A stretch of 64,000 nucleotides of DNA from Arcobacteraceae bacterium (GCA_048268245.1 JBLWVX010000006.1:1-64000); one strand, 5' to 3'; shown: positions 21,583-32,589, numbered from the stretch's first letter. Made by a program: numbers and translations. The notes: generated by a model from the sequence alone, not told the origin.

Positions 21583-23541
21583 ATGGAAGAATCTTGTAAA
21601 AATGTATATATAACAACACCAATTTATTATGTAAATGATGTGGCACACATAGGTCATGCGTATACAACTATTATTGCAGATATGCTAGCTAGATATTCAA
21701 GATTAACAGGTGCAAATACTTATTTTTTAACAGGAACAGATGAACATGGGCAAAAAATTGCTCAAAGTGCTGAACAAAGAGGTAGATCTGCACAAGAGTA
21801 TGCTGATGAAGTTTCTGGTAAATTTAGAGCATTATGGGATGATTTTGATATAACATATGACAAATTTATTAGAACAACTGATGAAGAACATAAAATAGGT
21901 GTTCAAAAAGCATTTGAAACAATGTACAATAAAGGTGATATTTACAAGGGTGAATATGAAGGATTTTACTGTGTATCATGTGAGACATTCTTTACTGAGA
22001 AACAACTAGTTGATGAACAGTTCTGTCCTGATTGTGGAAGACCTACATCAATCGTAAAAGAAGAGAGTTACTTCTTTAAATTATCTAAGTATGAAGATAA
22101 ACTAATAGAATGGTATGAACAAAATGAAGATTGTATTTTACCAAGAAGTAAAAAAAATGAGATTATGAACTTTGTAAAAGGTGGATTAAAAGATTTATCT
22201 ATTTCTAGAACTTCATTTGATTGGGGTGTTAAATTACCTGAATCTATGGATGAACCAAGACATGTTATGTATGTTTGGTTAGATGCTTTAATGAACTATA
22301 TCACTGCACTAGGTTACGGTGGAGATGAAAAGAACATGAATCATTGGCCTGCAAGTATTCATTTAGTAGGAAAAGATATTTTAAGATTCCATTCAATTTA
22401 TTGGCCAGCATTTTTAATGTCTTTAGATTTACCATTACCTAAGCATATTGCAGCTCATGGTTGGTGGACAAGAGATGGTGAAAAAATGTCAAAATCAAAA
22501 GGTAATGTTGTAAATCCTAAAGAAGTGGCTGATGCTTATGGTTTAGATGCATTTAGATACTTCATGTTAAGAGAAGTTCCTTTTGGTCAAGATGGAGATT
22601 TTTCACAAAAAGCTTTAATGGATAGAATAAATTCTGATTTAGGAAATGATTTAGGAAATTTACTAAATAGAATATCTGGAATGTCTGGAAAATATTTTGA
22701 TTTCAAAGTTACATCAAAAGATGTTGAAAAATTCCATAAAAAAGAGTTAGAAGAAGTTGAAGCAATCTTAGAAAATATTGAAGAGTATTTATATAATATG
22801 CAAATCAATAGATACTTAGAAGATATTTGGAAAGTATTAACAATAGCAAATAAAGCAATTGGGGATTATGAACCTTGGGCTAAAATGAAGGAAGGTAAAG
22901 AAGACGAAGCAATGGCATTAGTAGCATTAATTACTAATATTATGGCTAGAGTTGCCCTACTTTTAGATTCTGTAATGCCAGAAAAAATTGCAAAAATTGC
23001 TGATTCTTTAGGTGTAGAGATTTCTACAGAAAACTACATCAAACTTATCAAAAATAAAGAATTACTTGATGATACAGTTATTACAAAAGTCTCTCAACTA
23101 TTCCCAAGAATTGAAGAAATATTATTAGAACAAGCAAAACCAGCTGAAGTTTCTAAAAATGAAGTTGAAAAAAAATCTGAATCTAAAAAAGAAGAAAAAA
23201 CTGAAGAGCCAGATAATTTAATCACAATCGATAAGTTTTTTGAGACAACTTTAAAAATTGGAACTATTGTAGAAGCCGAAGAAGTTCCAAAGTCTAAAAA
23301 ACTTTTAAAACTACAAGTTGATGTAGGTGAAGAAAAAAATAGACAAATATTAGCAGGAATTAAAGAGTTTTATTCTGCTGAAGAATTAGTAGGAACTCAA
23401 GCTTGTGTAGTTGCAAACTTAAAACCAGCAAAATTAATGGGTATGCTTTCTGAGGGTATGTTAATGGCTGCTAAAGATGAAAATGGTTTATCATTAATAA
23501 GACCAGAGGCTCCTAAAAAATCAGGAACAAAAATAAGCTAG
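21583..23541 (+). CDS. metG: Methionyl-tRNA synthetase
   Basis: HIGH, KMSKS, zinc knuckle, C-terminal tRNA-binding OB domain. Confidence 0.97.
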   Translation: MEESCKNVYITTPIYYVNDVAHIGHAYTTIIADMLARYSRLTGANTYFLTGTDEHGQKIAQSAEQRGRSAQEYADEVSGKFRALWDDFDITYDKFIRTTDEEHKIGVQKAFETMYNKGDIYKGEYEGFYCVSCETFFTEKQLVDEQFCPDCGRPTSIVKEESYFFKLSKYEDKLIEWYEQNEDCILPRSKKNEIMNFVKGGLKDLSISRTSFDWGVKLPESMDEPRHVMYVWLDALMNYITALGYGGDEKNMNHWPASIHLVGKDILRFHSIYWPAFLMSLDLPLPKHIAAHGWWTRDGEKMSKSKGNVVNPKEVADAYGLDAFRYFMLREVPFGQDGDFSQKALMDRINSDLGNDLGNLLNRISGMSGKYFDFKVTSKDVEKFHKKELEEVEAILENIEEYLYNMQINRYLEDIWKVLTIANKAIGDYEPWAKMKEGKEDEAMALVALITNIMARVALLLDSVMPEKIAKIADSLGVEISTENYIKLIKNKELLDDTVITKVSQLFPRIEEILLEQAKPAEVSKNEVEKKSESKKEEKTEEPDNLITIDKFFETTLKIGTIVEAEEVPKSKKLLKLQVDVGEEKNRQILAGIKEFYSAEELVGTQACVVANLKPAKLMGMLSEGMLMAAKDENGLSLIRPEAPKKSGTKIS

Positions 23542-24530
23542 TGCAAATATCATCATTAATAGATATAATTGACGGAAGACTTTTAAACTCTCCGTCAATC
23601 TCATTTATTTACTCTTTTAAAACAGATCCTACAAAAGTCAATGAAGGGGATTTATTTATTGCAAAAACTATAAATGATATACCTTTAGCTGTTGAAAATG
23701 GCGCATTTGCTATTGTAACACAAGAAGTTCACCCAATTATTGATAAGGAGATTGCTTGGATAAAAGTTCTAGATATTGATTTGGCGCTTATTCAGCTTAT
23801 TCGTTTTAAATTAGCAAATTACTCTTTAGAAGCTTATACTTGTAATAGTTCTACATATGATTTATTAAAATTATATGCAGGTAGTTCTTCTAAGAATTTA
23901 AAGTTTTTATCTAAAAATTTAAATAGTTTTATTAAAAATATTGATGATATTCAAGATAATGATATATTAATATCTAAAGATAAAGAGTTATTAGAAAAAA
24001 TCTATCCTAATGTGAGTTTATTTAATAAAAGTAATTTAAGTTACGAAAATTTAGTAGAGCATTCTTTATTTGAAGTGTCATTCACATATAAAGATATATA
24101 TTTTCCAAAACTTAGATTATCAAAAATATATATAAATGATTTTTTAGGTGTTTATGATTTTTTAGATCTAGAACTTGATTTAAGTAAATTAAAGGCATTT
24201 AAATATTTTAAACCACTTTTTTTAGATAAGTCTTTAGAGATTATTGAGTTTGGAAAAAGTGATAAGTTTATTATTACTCAAAATGATAATACTCTTGTTA
24301 AAGATGAGATAAATTATTTAGAAAATAGATTTACTTATGCAAAGACTTTATATTTAACTTCTAAATATAATTCTAATTTAGATTCAAACCAAACTATTGT
24401 TAAAACAATGGATGAATTAAAAAAAGCACTTAAAGATAACAGTTTTAATGCAGCATATATAATTGGTTTTAAATATGATGACATTTCACAAGCCTTGCAA
24501 AAACTAGAAAAGCAAGCTTCGCTTTTCTAA
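23541..24530 (+). CDS. Hypothetical protein with Mur-ligase-like N-terminus
   Basis: N-terminal D...EGDLFIA...AVENGAFAIV; coupled to the metG stop via a GTG start. Confidence 0.7.
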   Translation: MQISSLIDIIDGRLLNSPSISFIYSFKTDPTKVNEGDLFIAKTINDIPLAVENGAFAIVTQEVHPIIDKEIAWIKVLDIDLALIQLIRFKLANYSLEAYTCNSSTYDLLKLYAGSSSKNLKFLSKNLNSFIKNIDDIQDNDILISKDKELLEKIYPNVSLFNKSNLSYENLVEHSLFEVSFTYKDIYFPKLRLSKIYINDFLGVYDFLDLELDLSKLKAFKYFKPLFLDKSLEIIEFGKSDKFIITQNDNTLVKDEINYLENRFTYAKTLYLTSKYNSNLDSNQTIVKTMDELKKALKDNSFNAAYIIGFKYDDISQALQKLEKQASLF

Positions 24531-24538
24531 TTTTAAAT

Positions 24539-25195
24539 TTAGTAAACCATTCCAAAAGAACTTATTACTTTACCTACAACTTGAATATCATTTGTACTTA
24601 ATATTTGTGATGGATAATCTTTATTATCTGATATGATATCAAAATTACCATCAACCCTTTTTTGTATTCTTTTTACAAAAAGACCATGATTTGTTGTAAA
24701 AGCAAAGATACCATCTCTTGATGGATCATTTTTTGTTTTATCAACAAAGATAATATTTTCATCATTTAAAGTTGGCTCCATTGAGTCGCCTACTACATTT
24801 ATTGCATCAATATTTTTTAGGTTTTCTTTGCCACCCAACATATCAATAAAGTATGGAGGAACTTCTAAAGACTCATAATTGTCTTGAGCATCATATGCAC
24901 CCCCACCTGCACTTACATTTACTGATGGATAATATTTTATCCAGTATTTATCTGTTGAATCTACAAGTGAGTCAGGGTTTTGGTTGTATAGTAACCAGTT
25001 AATTGAAATTTTTTTAATTGCACAAAAGTTTAAAATATTTTGATAAGGAATTTTTCCTCTATTTTTCATAGTAGCAAAGTTTGCTTGGCTTAATTCAAGA
25101 GAATTTGCTACATCTTTATCAAAAACTTTTCCATTTTTGCCATCTGCACTTATAATATCTTTTAATTTATCGATAATTTCACTTACATCTAACAT
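24539..25195 (-). CDS. CI/LexA-like repressor (HTH plus S24 peptidase)
   Basis: N-terminal HTH-like region, SAGGG cleavage loop, GDSMEP (Ser), VKR (Lys); AGGAG RBS. Confidence 0.88.
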   Translation of the reverse strand: MLDVSEIIDKLKDIISADGKNGKVFDKDVANSLELSQANFATMKNRGKIPYQNILNFCAIKKISINWLLYNQNPDSLVDSTDKYWIKYYPSVNVSAGGGAYDAQDNYESLEVPPYFIDMLGGKENLKNIDAINVVGDSMEPTLNDENIIFVDKTKNDPSRDGIFAFTTNHGLFVKRIQKRVDGNFDIISDNKDYPSQILSTNDIQVVGKVISSFGMVY

Positions 25196-25224
25196 TTTAA
25201 CTCCTATTACATACTAATTAGACA

Positions 25225-25253
25225 ATTATATTACAAAATGAAATATTTTTCAA
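25225..25253 (-). promoter_or_regulatory. Sigma70 promoter of the CI/LexA-like gene with embedded palindromic operator
   Basis: Minus strand TTGAAA-17 bp-TATAAT; palindrome ATATTACA-AAA-TGAAATAT at 25228-25246. Confidence 0.6.
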
Positions 25254-25307
25254 GGGTTTATTTAAAATATTATAGAATTTGAAATATTTATTTTAAAAGG
25301 ATACATT

Positions 25308-25403
25308 ATGACAATAAAAATTGTAAAAACAAAAGATAATCTTCTTAATTTTTTTCAAAAAATTGACATATTGATTTATAAATTTGGTGATAAAGTATTA
25401 TAA
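25308..25403 (+). CDS. Putative 31-aa small protein (not in ORF track)
   Basis: AAGGA RBS 6 nt before ATG; MTIKIVKTKDNLLNFFQKIDILIYKFGDKVL. Confidence 0.45.
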   Translation: MTIKIVKTKDNLLNFFQKIDILIYKFGDKVL

Positions 25404-25526
25404 TCTACTAAAATTTTCAAAAATTTATAAATTTAATACAAATAAAAGATAAGTATAAATGTTAATAAAGGTACTTTTATATATCATTACAATAATAATT
25501 ACATGGTGGTAACCACGGAGAGTATT

Positions 25527-25772
25527 ATGGAAGTAAACTTAGTCACGGAAGCACTTAAGTTCATGTTATTGGGAATGGGAGTTGTATTCTCGTTTTTGAT
25601 AATTTTAATTTTCGTGTTAAAAGCACAAGCGGCTTTAATTACGAAGTATTTTCCTGAAAAGGAAAAGAAACCTACGGCAAATAAACCAGTTGGTTCATCT
25701 GCATCTAACAATTCTGCAAAGACGGCTGCAATTATCGCTGCAGTTCAACATCACAAAAATCTAAAAGGTTAA
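25527..25772 (+). CDS. oadG: Na+-translocating decarboxylase gamma subunit (OadG family)
   Basis: GMGVVFSFL TM helix and AAIIAAVQHH. Start placed at ATG 25527 after GGAGAG. Confidence 0.88.
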   Translation: MEVNLVTEALKFMLLGMGVVFSFLIILIFVLKAQAALITKYFPEKEKKPTANKPVGSSASNNSAKTAAIIAAVQHHKNLKG

Positions 25773-25778
25773 TTTATA

Positions 25779-27569
25779 ATGGCTAAAAAGTATATCGATG
25801 TTATGGATACTACTTTTAGAGATGGATTTCAGTCTGTCTTTGGAGGTAGAGTTTTAATGGAAGATTTCTTTCCTGCTGTTGAAGCTGCGAAAGATGCTGG
25901 TATAACTCACTTTGAGTTTGGTGGAGGAGCAAGATTTCAATCTTTATTCTTCTACTTACAAGAAAATGCATTTGAAATGATGGACAAATTCAGAGAAATT
26001 GTTGGTCCAGATGCAAATCTACAAACCTTAGCAAGAGGTATTAATACAGTAATGTTAGATACAGGTTCAAGAGAACTTGTTGATTTACATGCAAAAATGT
26101 TTGCAAAACATGGAACAACAACAATCAGAAATTTTGATGCTTTAAATGATGTACAAAATTTAGAGTACTCTGCTGAATGTATCAAAAAATATGGGTTAAA
26201 CCATGAGGTTGTAGTTACATTAATGGACTTACCTCCTGGATGTGAAGGTGCACATGATGTTCCTTTCTATGAAAAAACATTAAGACAAATCTTAGATAGT
26301 GGAGTTCCATACGATTCAATCTGTTTTAAAGATGCATCAGGAACTTCATCTCCTCAAAAAGTATATGAAACTATCCAAATGGCAAGAAAGCTAGTTGGTG
26401 ATGATACTCATATTAGACTTCATACACATGAAACAGCAGGTGTTTCTGTTGCTTGTTATTTAGCAGCATTAGAAGCTGGTGCAGATGGTATTGATTTAGC
26501 TGCATCTCCTGTTTCAGGTGGAACTTCTCAACCTGATATTTTAACAATGTTACATGCTGTAAAAGGTAAAAACTACGACTTAGGTGGTTTAGATATTGAG
26601 AAAATATTAAAGTATCAAGAAGTGTTAAATGATTGTTTAGGTGATTATTTTATGCCACCTGAAGCAACTCAAGTATCACCTTTAATTCCATTCTCACCTA
26701 TGCCAGGTGGAGCATTAACTGCTAACACTCAAATGATGAGAGATAATGGAACTTTAGATAAATTCCCTGAAGTTATTAAAGCAATGAGAGAAGTAGTAGA
26801 AAAAGGTGGATATGGTACTTCAGTTACACCAGTTTCACAATTCTATTGGCAACAAGCATATGCAAATGTTATGTTTGGACCATGGAAGCAAATTGCACCC
26901 GGTTATGGGAAAATGGTACTTGGATATTTTGGTAAGACTCCAGTTGAGCCAGATCCTGAAGTTGTTGCTTTAGCTGCTGAAAAACTAAAGATGGAACCAA
27001 CAACAGAAAATCCATTAGATATTGCTGATAGAGATGAAAAGAAAAAAGTCTCTGTTTGGAAGCAAAGATTAGAAATGGAAGGCTTAGAAGCTTCAGAAGA
27101 AAATATTTTCATTGCAGCAGCCTGTGATGAAAAAGGAATCGCATTCTTAAAAGGTGATTCACCATTAAATGTTAGAAAAAATGAAACAACTCAAGGAGAA
27201 AATTCAATGGCTAATGCAACTGGAAACTATACTGTAGTAGTAGATGGACAAAAATTTAATGTAAGTATTGCTGAGGGTGATGCTGATATTCAAGTAACAC
27301 CTGCATCAAATAATTCATCAGAAGCTTCTTCGGCTCCTGTATCTACAAGTGGTGATGCTACAGAAGTTCCTGCAACTGTAAATGGTAATGTATGGAAAAT
27401 CTTAGTAAATGAAGGTGAAAAAGTTGAAAAAGATCAAAAAATTATGATCTTAGAAGCTATGAAAATGGAAATTGATATTAATGCTCCTGTTGCTGGAACT
27501 ATAAGTAAAATAACTGTAGATGCAAATGAAGCAGTAGATGAAGGACAAACATTAGCTATTATTGGCTAA
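25779..27569 (+). CDS. oadA: Oxaloacetate decarboxylase alpha / pyruvate carboxylase B-type carboxyltransferase with biotin domain
   Basis: [33 protein letters not shown] biotin site; lies between oadG and oadB. Confidence 0.85.
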   Translation: MAKKYIDVMDTTFRDGFQSVFGGRVLMEDFFPAVEAAKDAGITHFEFGGGARFQSLFFYLQENAFEMMDKFREIVGPDANLQTLARGINTVMLDTGSRELVDLHAKMFAKHGTTTIRNFDALNDVQNLEYSAECIKKYGLNHEVVVTLMDLPPGCEGAHDVPFYEKTLRQILDSGVPYDSICFKDASGTSSPQKVYETIQMARKLVGDDTHIRLHTHETAGVSVACYLAALEAGADGIDLAASPVSGGTSQPDILTMLHAVKGKNYDLGGLDIEKILKYQEVLNDCLGDYFMPPEATQVSPLIPFSPMPGGALTANTQMMRDNGTLDKFPEVIKAMREVVEKGGYGTSVTPVSQFYWQQAYANVMFGPWKQIAPGYGKMVLGYFGKTPVEPDPEVVALAAEKLKMEPTTENPLDIADRDEKKKVSVWKQRLEMEGLEASEENIFIAAACDEKGIAFLKGDSPLNVRKNETTQGENSMANATGNYTVVVDGQKFNVSIAEGDADIQVTPASNNSSEASSAPVSTSGDATEVPATVNGNVWKILVNEGEKVEKDQKIMILEAMKMEIDINAPVAGTISKITVDANEAVDEGQTLAIIG

Positions 27570-27585
27570 TTGTATTGGAGTTGAA

Positions 27586-28908
27586 ATGAAAAAAAGTCTA
27601 TTTATCCTACTGTTTACAATTTTAAGTGTATTTTCTATAAATGCACTAGCAGCAACAGCGCCTGTAGAAGAAACTGTTGAAAAGCAAGAGTATCACTCAA
27701 AGTCAATGTCTGATTTAGTTCAGTCATTTTATAATACAACGGGTCTTAAAGCAATTCTAGACCCTCAACCAGGTCTTAAAGGACCACATGGTGAAGAATT
27801 AACAGAATTTGCACAAAGTTTTGGTAGAGTTATAATGATTATTATCTGTTTTGTTCTATTCTATTTAGCAATTAATAAAGGTTTTGAACCATTATTATTA
27901 ATTCCTATTGGATTTGGGGGTATTTTAGCGAATATTCCAATTGCTGAAATAGCAGGTGCAGATGGAATGTTAGGAATCATTTATAATATGGGTATATCAA
28001 ATGGTTTCTTCCCTCTTTTAATTTTCATGGGTGTTGGAGCTATGACGGACTTTGGTCCATTATTATCAAATCCTAAGACTGCATTATTAGGTGGTGCAGC
28101 TCAATTTGGTATCTTTGGTTCACTGGTTGCGGCAATTGTATTATCGCAATTAGTTCCAGGAATTGAGTTCTCATTAGAACAAGCTGCCGCAATTTCAATT
28201 ATTGGTGGGGCTGATGGTCCAACATCAATCTTTATTGCAACTGCACTTGCACCTGAATTACTTGGAGCTATCGCCGTTGCTGCATACTCATATATGGCAC
28301 TAGTTCCAGTAATTCAACCCCCAATTATGAGGGCTTTAACAACTTTAGATGAAAGAAAAATTAAGATGAAGTCTGTTAGAAGAGTTTCTAAGACAGAAAA
28401 AATCATTTTTCCAATCGTTGTTGTTGTATTAACATTATTGATTTTACCAGATGCTGCTCCATTAATTGGTGCTTTCTGTTTTGGTAACTTCTGTAAAGAA
28501 TCTGGAGTTGTTGATAGACTTTCAGATACTATGCAAAATGCATTAATTAATATTGTTACTATTTTCTTAGGATTAGGTGTTGGTTCAAAACTTGCTGCTG
28601 AGCAATTCTTAGTTGGTGAAACATTAGGAATTATGGCAATTGGATTATTAGCGTTCGCTGCAGGTACTGCAATGGGTGTTCTTATGGCTAAGCTTATGAA
28701 TTTATTCATGTCTAAAGACAATAAGATTAATCCATTAATTGGTGCTGCTGGAGTTTCAGCTGTACCAATGGCAGCAAGAGTTGTAAGTAAAGAAGGTCAA
28801 AGGTATGACTCATCAAACGTTCTTTTAATGAATGCGATGGGTCCAAACGTTGCAGGAGTTATTGGTTCAGCAGTAGCAGCTGGTATACTAATATCAATAT
28901 TTAAATAA
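27586..28908 (+). CDS. oadB: Na+-translocating decarboxylase beta subunit
   Basis: [47 protein letters not shown]. Start at ATG 27586 after GGAG. Confidence 0.93.
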   Translation: MKKSLFILLFTILSVFSINALAATAPVEETVEKQEYHSKSMSDLVQSFYNTTGLKAILDPQPGLKGPHGEELTEFAQSFGRVIMIIICFVLFYLAINKGFEPLLLIPIGFGGILANIPIAEIAGADGMLGIIYNMGISNGFFPLLIFMGVGAMTDFGPLLSNPKTALLGGAAQFGIFGSLVAAIVLSQLVPGIEFSLEQAAAISIIGGADGPTSIFIATALAPELLGAIAVAAYSYMALVPVIQPPIMRALTTLDERKIKMKSVRRVSKTEKIIFPIVVVVLTLLILPDAAPLIGAFCFGNFCKESGVVDRLSDTMQNALINIVTIFLGLGVGSKLAAEQFLVGETLGIMAIGLLAFAAGTAMGVLMAKLMNLFMSKDNKINPLIGAAGVSAVPMAARVVSKEGQRYDSSNVLLMNAMGPNVAGVIGSAVAAGILISIFK

Positions 28909-28950
28909 AAAGTAAAAATAAAAAATTTTATATAGTAGGAAAGTTAAATT

Positions 28951-30531
28951 ATGTCTGAAATTAAAGACGCTTTAGGTCTAGAAAATGTAGGTGAAGTTAA
29001 AAGGAATCTTGATGTAGATTCTTTAATTAAAGATGCAGTAGCTAACGAAGGAGCAAAAGTTTCTTCAACTGGTGCTTTAATGGTTGATACTGGTATTTTC
29101 ACAGGAAGAAGTCCAAAGGACAAATTCTTTGTGAACCAAGATCCTTCAAATAAATATATTGCTTGGGGTGATATAAATCAGAAAGTTTCATCTGAAGTTT
29201 ATGAAGATTTATTAAATAACTCTAAAAAGCAATTAAGTAATAAAGATTTATATGTTACTGATGTTTATTGTGGAGCTTCATTAGATTCTAGAAAATCTGT
29301 TAGATTTATCACTGAAGTTGCATGGCAAGCGCATTTTATTCAAAATATGTTTATTGTTCCTCAAACACAAGAAGAACTTGATAATTTTGAACCTGAGTTT
29401 ACAGTTTATAATTCTTGTAAAACTTGTGATATGTCTTATGCAAGTCATGGTTTACACTCAGAAGTTTATGTAGTATTTAATGTTGAAGAAAACACTGCAA
29501 TTATTGGTGGTACTTGGTACGCTGGTGAAATGAAAAAAGGTGTATTCTCAATGATGAACTATTGGCTTCCATTAGAAGGAAAGCTTCCAATGCACTGTTC
29601 TGCAAATATTGGAAAAGATGGCGATACTGCATTATTCTTTGGTTTATCTGGAACAGGAAAAACTACTTTATCTACAGATCCTAATAGAGCTTTAATTGGT
29701 GATGACGAACATGGTTGGGATGACAATGGTATCTTTAACTTTGAAGGTGGTTGTTATGCAAAAGTTATTAACTTAGATGAGGAGTCTGAACCTGAAATTT
29801 TTGGTGCTATTAAAAAAGGTGCTATTTTAGAAAATGTTGTTGCTGATGAAAATGGTGTTGTTGATTATTCGAATGCTTCTAAAACAGAGAATACAAGAGT
29901 ATCTTACCCATTAGATCATATTGAAAATCACACTCCTGATATGAGAGGTGGACACCCTACTAATATTATTTTCTTATGTGCAGATGCATTTGGTGTTTTA
30001 CCTCCAGTTGCAAAACTTGATAAACAACAAGCTATGTATTACTTCTTAAGTGGTTATACAGCTAAAGTTGCAGGAACTGAAAGAGGTATTACTGAGCCAG
30101 TTGCTACTTTCTCATCTTGTTTTGGTGAAGCTTTCTTACCTCTTAACCCTACTAAATATGCAGAGTTATTAGGACAAAAAATTGACAAACATAATGTTAA
30201 TGTTTACTTAGTTAATACTGGATGGACAGGTGGTCCGTACGGAATTGGTTCAAGAATGAGTATTAAAAATACTAGAGCTTGTATCAATGGAATTTTAGAT
30301 GGTTCTATTGAAAACTCTGAATTTGAAACATTACCAGTGTTTAATTTATCTATTCCAAAAACTTTAGATGGTGTTGATACAGAAGTATTAAACCCTAGAA
30401 ATACATGGGAAGATAAAGCTGCTTATGATGAAACTAAGAAAAAATTAGCAGCAATGTATATTGAAAACTTTAAAAAATACTTAACTTTAGAAAGTGAATA
30501 TGATTTCACAGCTGCAGGACCAATATTATAA
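28951..30531 (+). CDS. pckA: Phosphoenolpyruvate carboxykinase (ATP)
   Basis: [37 protein letters not shown]. Confidence 0.97.
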   Translation: MSEIKDALGLENVGEVKRNLDVDSLIKDAVANEGAKVSSTGALMVDTGIFTGRSPKDKFFVNQDPSNKYIAWGDINQKVSSEVYEDLLNNSKKQLSNKDLYVTDVYCGASLDSRKSVRFITEVAWQAHFIQNMFIVPQTQEELDNFEPEFTVYNSCKTCDMSYASHGLHSEVYVVFNVEENTAIIGGTWYAGEMKKGVFSMMNYWLPLEGKLPMHCSANIGKDGDTALFFGLSGTGKTTLSTDPNRALIGDDEHGWDDNGIFNFEGGCYAKVINLDEESEPEIFGAIKKGAILENVVADENGVVDYSNASKTENTRVSYPLDHIENHTPDMRGGHPTNIIFLCADAFGVLPPVAKLDKQQAMYYFLSGYTAKVAGTERGITEPVATFSSCFGEAFLPLNPTKYAELLGQKIDKHNVNVYLVNTGWTGGPYGIGSRMSIKNTRACINGILDGSIENSEFETLPVFNLSIPKTLDGVDTEVLNPRNTWEDKAAYDETKKKLAAMYIENFKKYLTLESEYDFTAAGPIL

Positions 30532-30562
30532 GGTATAATTCTACTATAAAAAGTTTACTGTC

Positions 30563-30593
30563 AAAAGGAGTGAAATTTTTCACTCCTTTTTTT
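30563..30593 (+). terminator. Intrinsic terminator after pckA
   Basis: AAAAGGAGTGAAA-TT-TTTCACTCCTTTT hairpin followed by a T run. Confidence 0.85.
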
Positions 30594-30617
30594 CATTAAA
30601 TTAAATAGGAGAAATAT

Positions 30618-31112
30618 ATGAAATTATCAGAATTTTTAGCTGACATTAAAAATACAGAAGAAGAAGTTGTTTATTATTGTTGCAACCACTTGTTATCAAA
30701 GAAATATAATATTGAAGAAGACTCTTTAGATGAAGAGACTTTAAAGTCACTATTTGTTGATTATGATAACTTTACAAGAGCATTAGGTGATAGTGCTGGT
30801 ACTATTTACAGAAAGTATGAAGCAGAATTAAATGATGTTTATCAAACTATTTGTAATAGATTTAATGAAGATTTTGACAATAAATCTCTTTTTGAATATA
30901 GACTTGCAAGAGTATCAAATCAAGAGCCAAGACAATTCTTAGATATTGAAGATAGAGATACACAAGAAACAGTTATTCAAAAATATGAGGATAAAATTAA
31001 TATAATTTTAGAATCAAAATACTATAAAGAAAATGAAGATAAATTATCTTCTGATTTAGTAATTCCTCAAAAGACATTAGATTTAATTAAATCAGCAGCT
31101 GGTTTAGTTTAA
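30618..31112 (+). CDS. Hypothetical acidic protein (164 aa)
   Basis: AGGAG RBS, host-like codon usage, no motif recognised. Confidence 0.8.
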   Translation: MKLSEFLADIKNTEEEVVYYCCNHLLSKKYNIEEDSLDEETLKSLFVDYDNFTRALGDSAGTIYRKYEAELNDVYQTICNRFNEDFDNKSLFEYRLARVSNQEPRQFLDIEDRDTQETVIQKYEDKINIILESKYYKENEDKLSSDLVIPQKTLDLIKSAAGLV

Positions 31113-31138
31113 TTATTTCCTACTAATTCAAATAGAGC

Positions 31139-32167
31139 TTAACACTCTATTTGAATTTCTTCAACAATTTCTAATCCAAAACCTTGAAGTCCAACAAATG
31201 AATGTTTTCCTCCACTTGTCATAAGTTTTATTTGTTTAATATTTAAACTATTTAATATTTGAGCCCCTATTCCATAATCTTTTTGAGTCTCTCTTTTTTT
31301 CTCATCTGATAAGAAAATTAAAACCCCACCTTTTGATTGTAAAAAGTTTATTGTTTTTAACATAGAGTTTAATTTTTCATCTTTTAAGAATAATTCAATA
31401 TCAGGTAAAATTGTATGGAATTTAACATGACTTATTTCATTTTGATCACCTAATAAGATTGCAGTATGAACATTTCCTAAGTGGTCTTTGAACTCTTTTT
31501 TCTTTGCAGCAGTTCCTAAGAATGTAGTTTCCTCACTACTAATCTCTTCCACTAATTTTTCATGAGATAATCTATATTCAACTAAATCTGAGATATAAAT
31601 TTGTTTCATGTTATGTTTTTGAGCAAAAATATCTAAATCATCTCTTCTAGCCATTGTTCCATCTTCTTTCATGATTTCACAAATAACCGCTTCACCATTA
31701 AGACCTGCTAGTTTACATAAATCAACACTTCCTTCTGTATGACCTGTTCTAACTAAAACACCACCATCTTTTGCAATTAAAGGGAATATATGTCCTGGTC
31801 TTACAAGTTCAGTTGCTTTTGAAATAGGGTTTGCTAAAATTTTTATTGTATCATCTCTTTCCCCTGCACTAATTCCTGTTGCTGCATCTGCTGCATCAAC
31901 TGAAACAGTAAATGCAGTTTCATATGAAGATGTGTTAGAGTTAACCATAGGATTTAGTTCTAATTTATTTGCTGTCTCTTTTGTAACAGATACACAAATT
32001 AGACCTTTTGCATGAGTAGCCATAAAGTTAACTTTTTCAGGAGTACTTAATGCTGCTGAATAAACTAAATCACCTTCATTTTCTCTATCTTCATCATCAA
32101 GCATGATGACCATATTTCCTTTTTGGATTTCTTCAATTGCTTCTTTTACTCGTTGTATTGCGTTCAT
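31139..32167 (-). CDS. ribB: 3,4-dihydroxy-2-butanone 4-phosphate synthase fused to a degenerate GTP cyclohydrolase II-like domain (RibBX)
   Basis: DDEDRENEGD, RPGHIFPL, GHTEGSVDL. Start more likely at ATG 32167 (MNAIQ) than 32248. Confidence 0.9.
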   Translation of the reverse strand: MNAIQRVKEAIEEIQKGNMVIMLDDEDRENEGDLVYSAALSTPEKVNFMATHAKGLICVSVTKETANKLELNPMVNSNTSSYETAFTVSVDAADAATGISAGERDDTIKILANPISKATELVRPGHIFPLIAKDGGVLVRTGHTEGSVDLCKLAGLNGEAVICEIMKEDGTMARRDDLDIFAQKHNMKQIYISDLVEYRLSHEKLVEEISSEETTFLGTAAKKKEFKDHLGNVHTAILLGDQNEISHVKFHTILPDIELFLKDEKLNSMLKTINFLQSKGGVLIFLSDEKKRETQKDYGIGAQILNSLNIKQIKLMTSGGKHSFVGLQGFGLEIVEEIQIEC

Positions 32168-32241
32168 ATCTCTTCTTTTCAATAATTTATTTAATATATA
32201 ATATATTATATCAGAAATTTCAAAATTTTTTCTAAAACCTC

Positions 32242-32270
32242 TTGACAAATGCTATAATTTCCACTATAAT
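32242..32270 (+). promoter_or_regulatory. Consensus sigma70 promoter of the tRNA cluster
   Basis: TTGACA (32242-32247), 17 bp, TATAAT (32265-32270), directly before tRNA-Gln. Confidence 0.85.
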
Positions 32271-32286
32271 TTCGGCACTTAAAAAA

Positions 32287-32361
32287 TGGGGTATCGCCAA
32301 GTGGTAAGGCAACGGTTTTTGGTATCGTTATTCGGGGGTTCGAATCCCTCTACCCCATCCA
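32287..32361 (+). tRNA. tRNA-Gln (TTG)
   Basis: TGGGGTA/TACCCCA acceptor stem, loop TT-TTG-GT, GTTCGAATC, encoded CCA. Confidence 0.95.
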
Positions 32362-32385
32362 TTTAAGTATCTTAAAATGTTAGTT

Positions 32386-32462
<77 letters not shown>

Positions 32463-32475
32463 ATTTAGCCAAAGT

Positions 32476-32552
32476 GTCAAGGTAGCTCAGCTGGCTAGAG
32501 CGCTGGTCTCATAAGCCGGAGGTCGAGAGTTCAAGTCTCTCTCTTGACACCA
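32476..32552 (+). tRNA. tRNA with CAT anticodon (elongator Met; Ile2 not excluded)
   Basis: GTCAAGG/TCTTGAC acceptor stem, CT-CAT-AA loop, CCA. Confidence 0.9.
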
Positions 32553-32589
32553 TTATTCACATAGTGAATAATCTTTATAAATTTTGGAA

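Noticed and set aside
24539..25195. CI-like gene as evidence of a prophage
   Set aside because: Flanked by metG and oad core genes; no integrase, replication or structural genes nearby.
31139..31560. Degenerate GTP cyclohydrolase II domain on RibB as a novelty
   Set aside because: RibBX-type fusions alongside a separate ribA (37006-37581) are already well known.
32168..32286. FMN riboswitch upstream of ribB, and the longer ribB start at 32248
   Set aside because: The short AT-rich gap holds the divergent tRNA promoter and no RFN consensus; the 27-aa extension overlaps promoter DNA.
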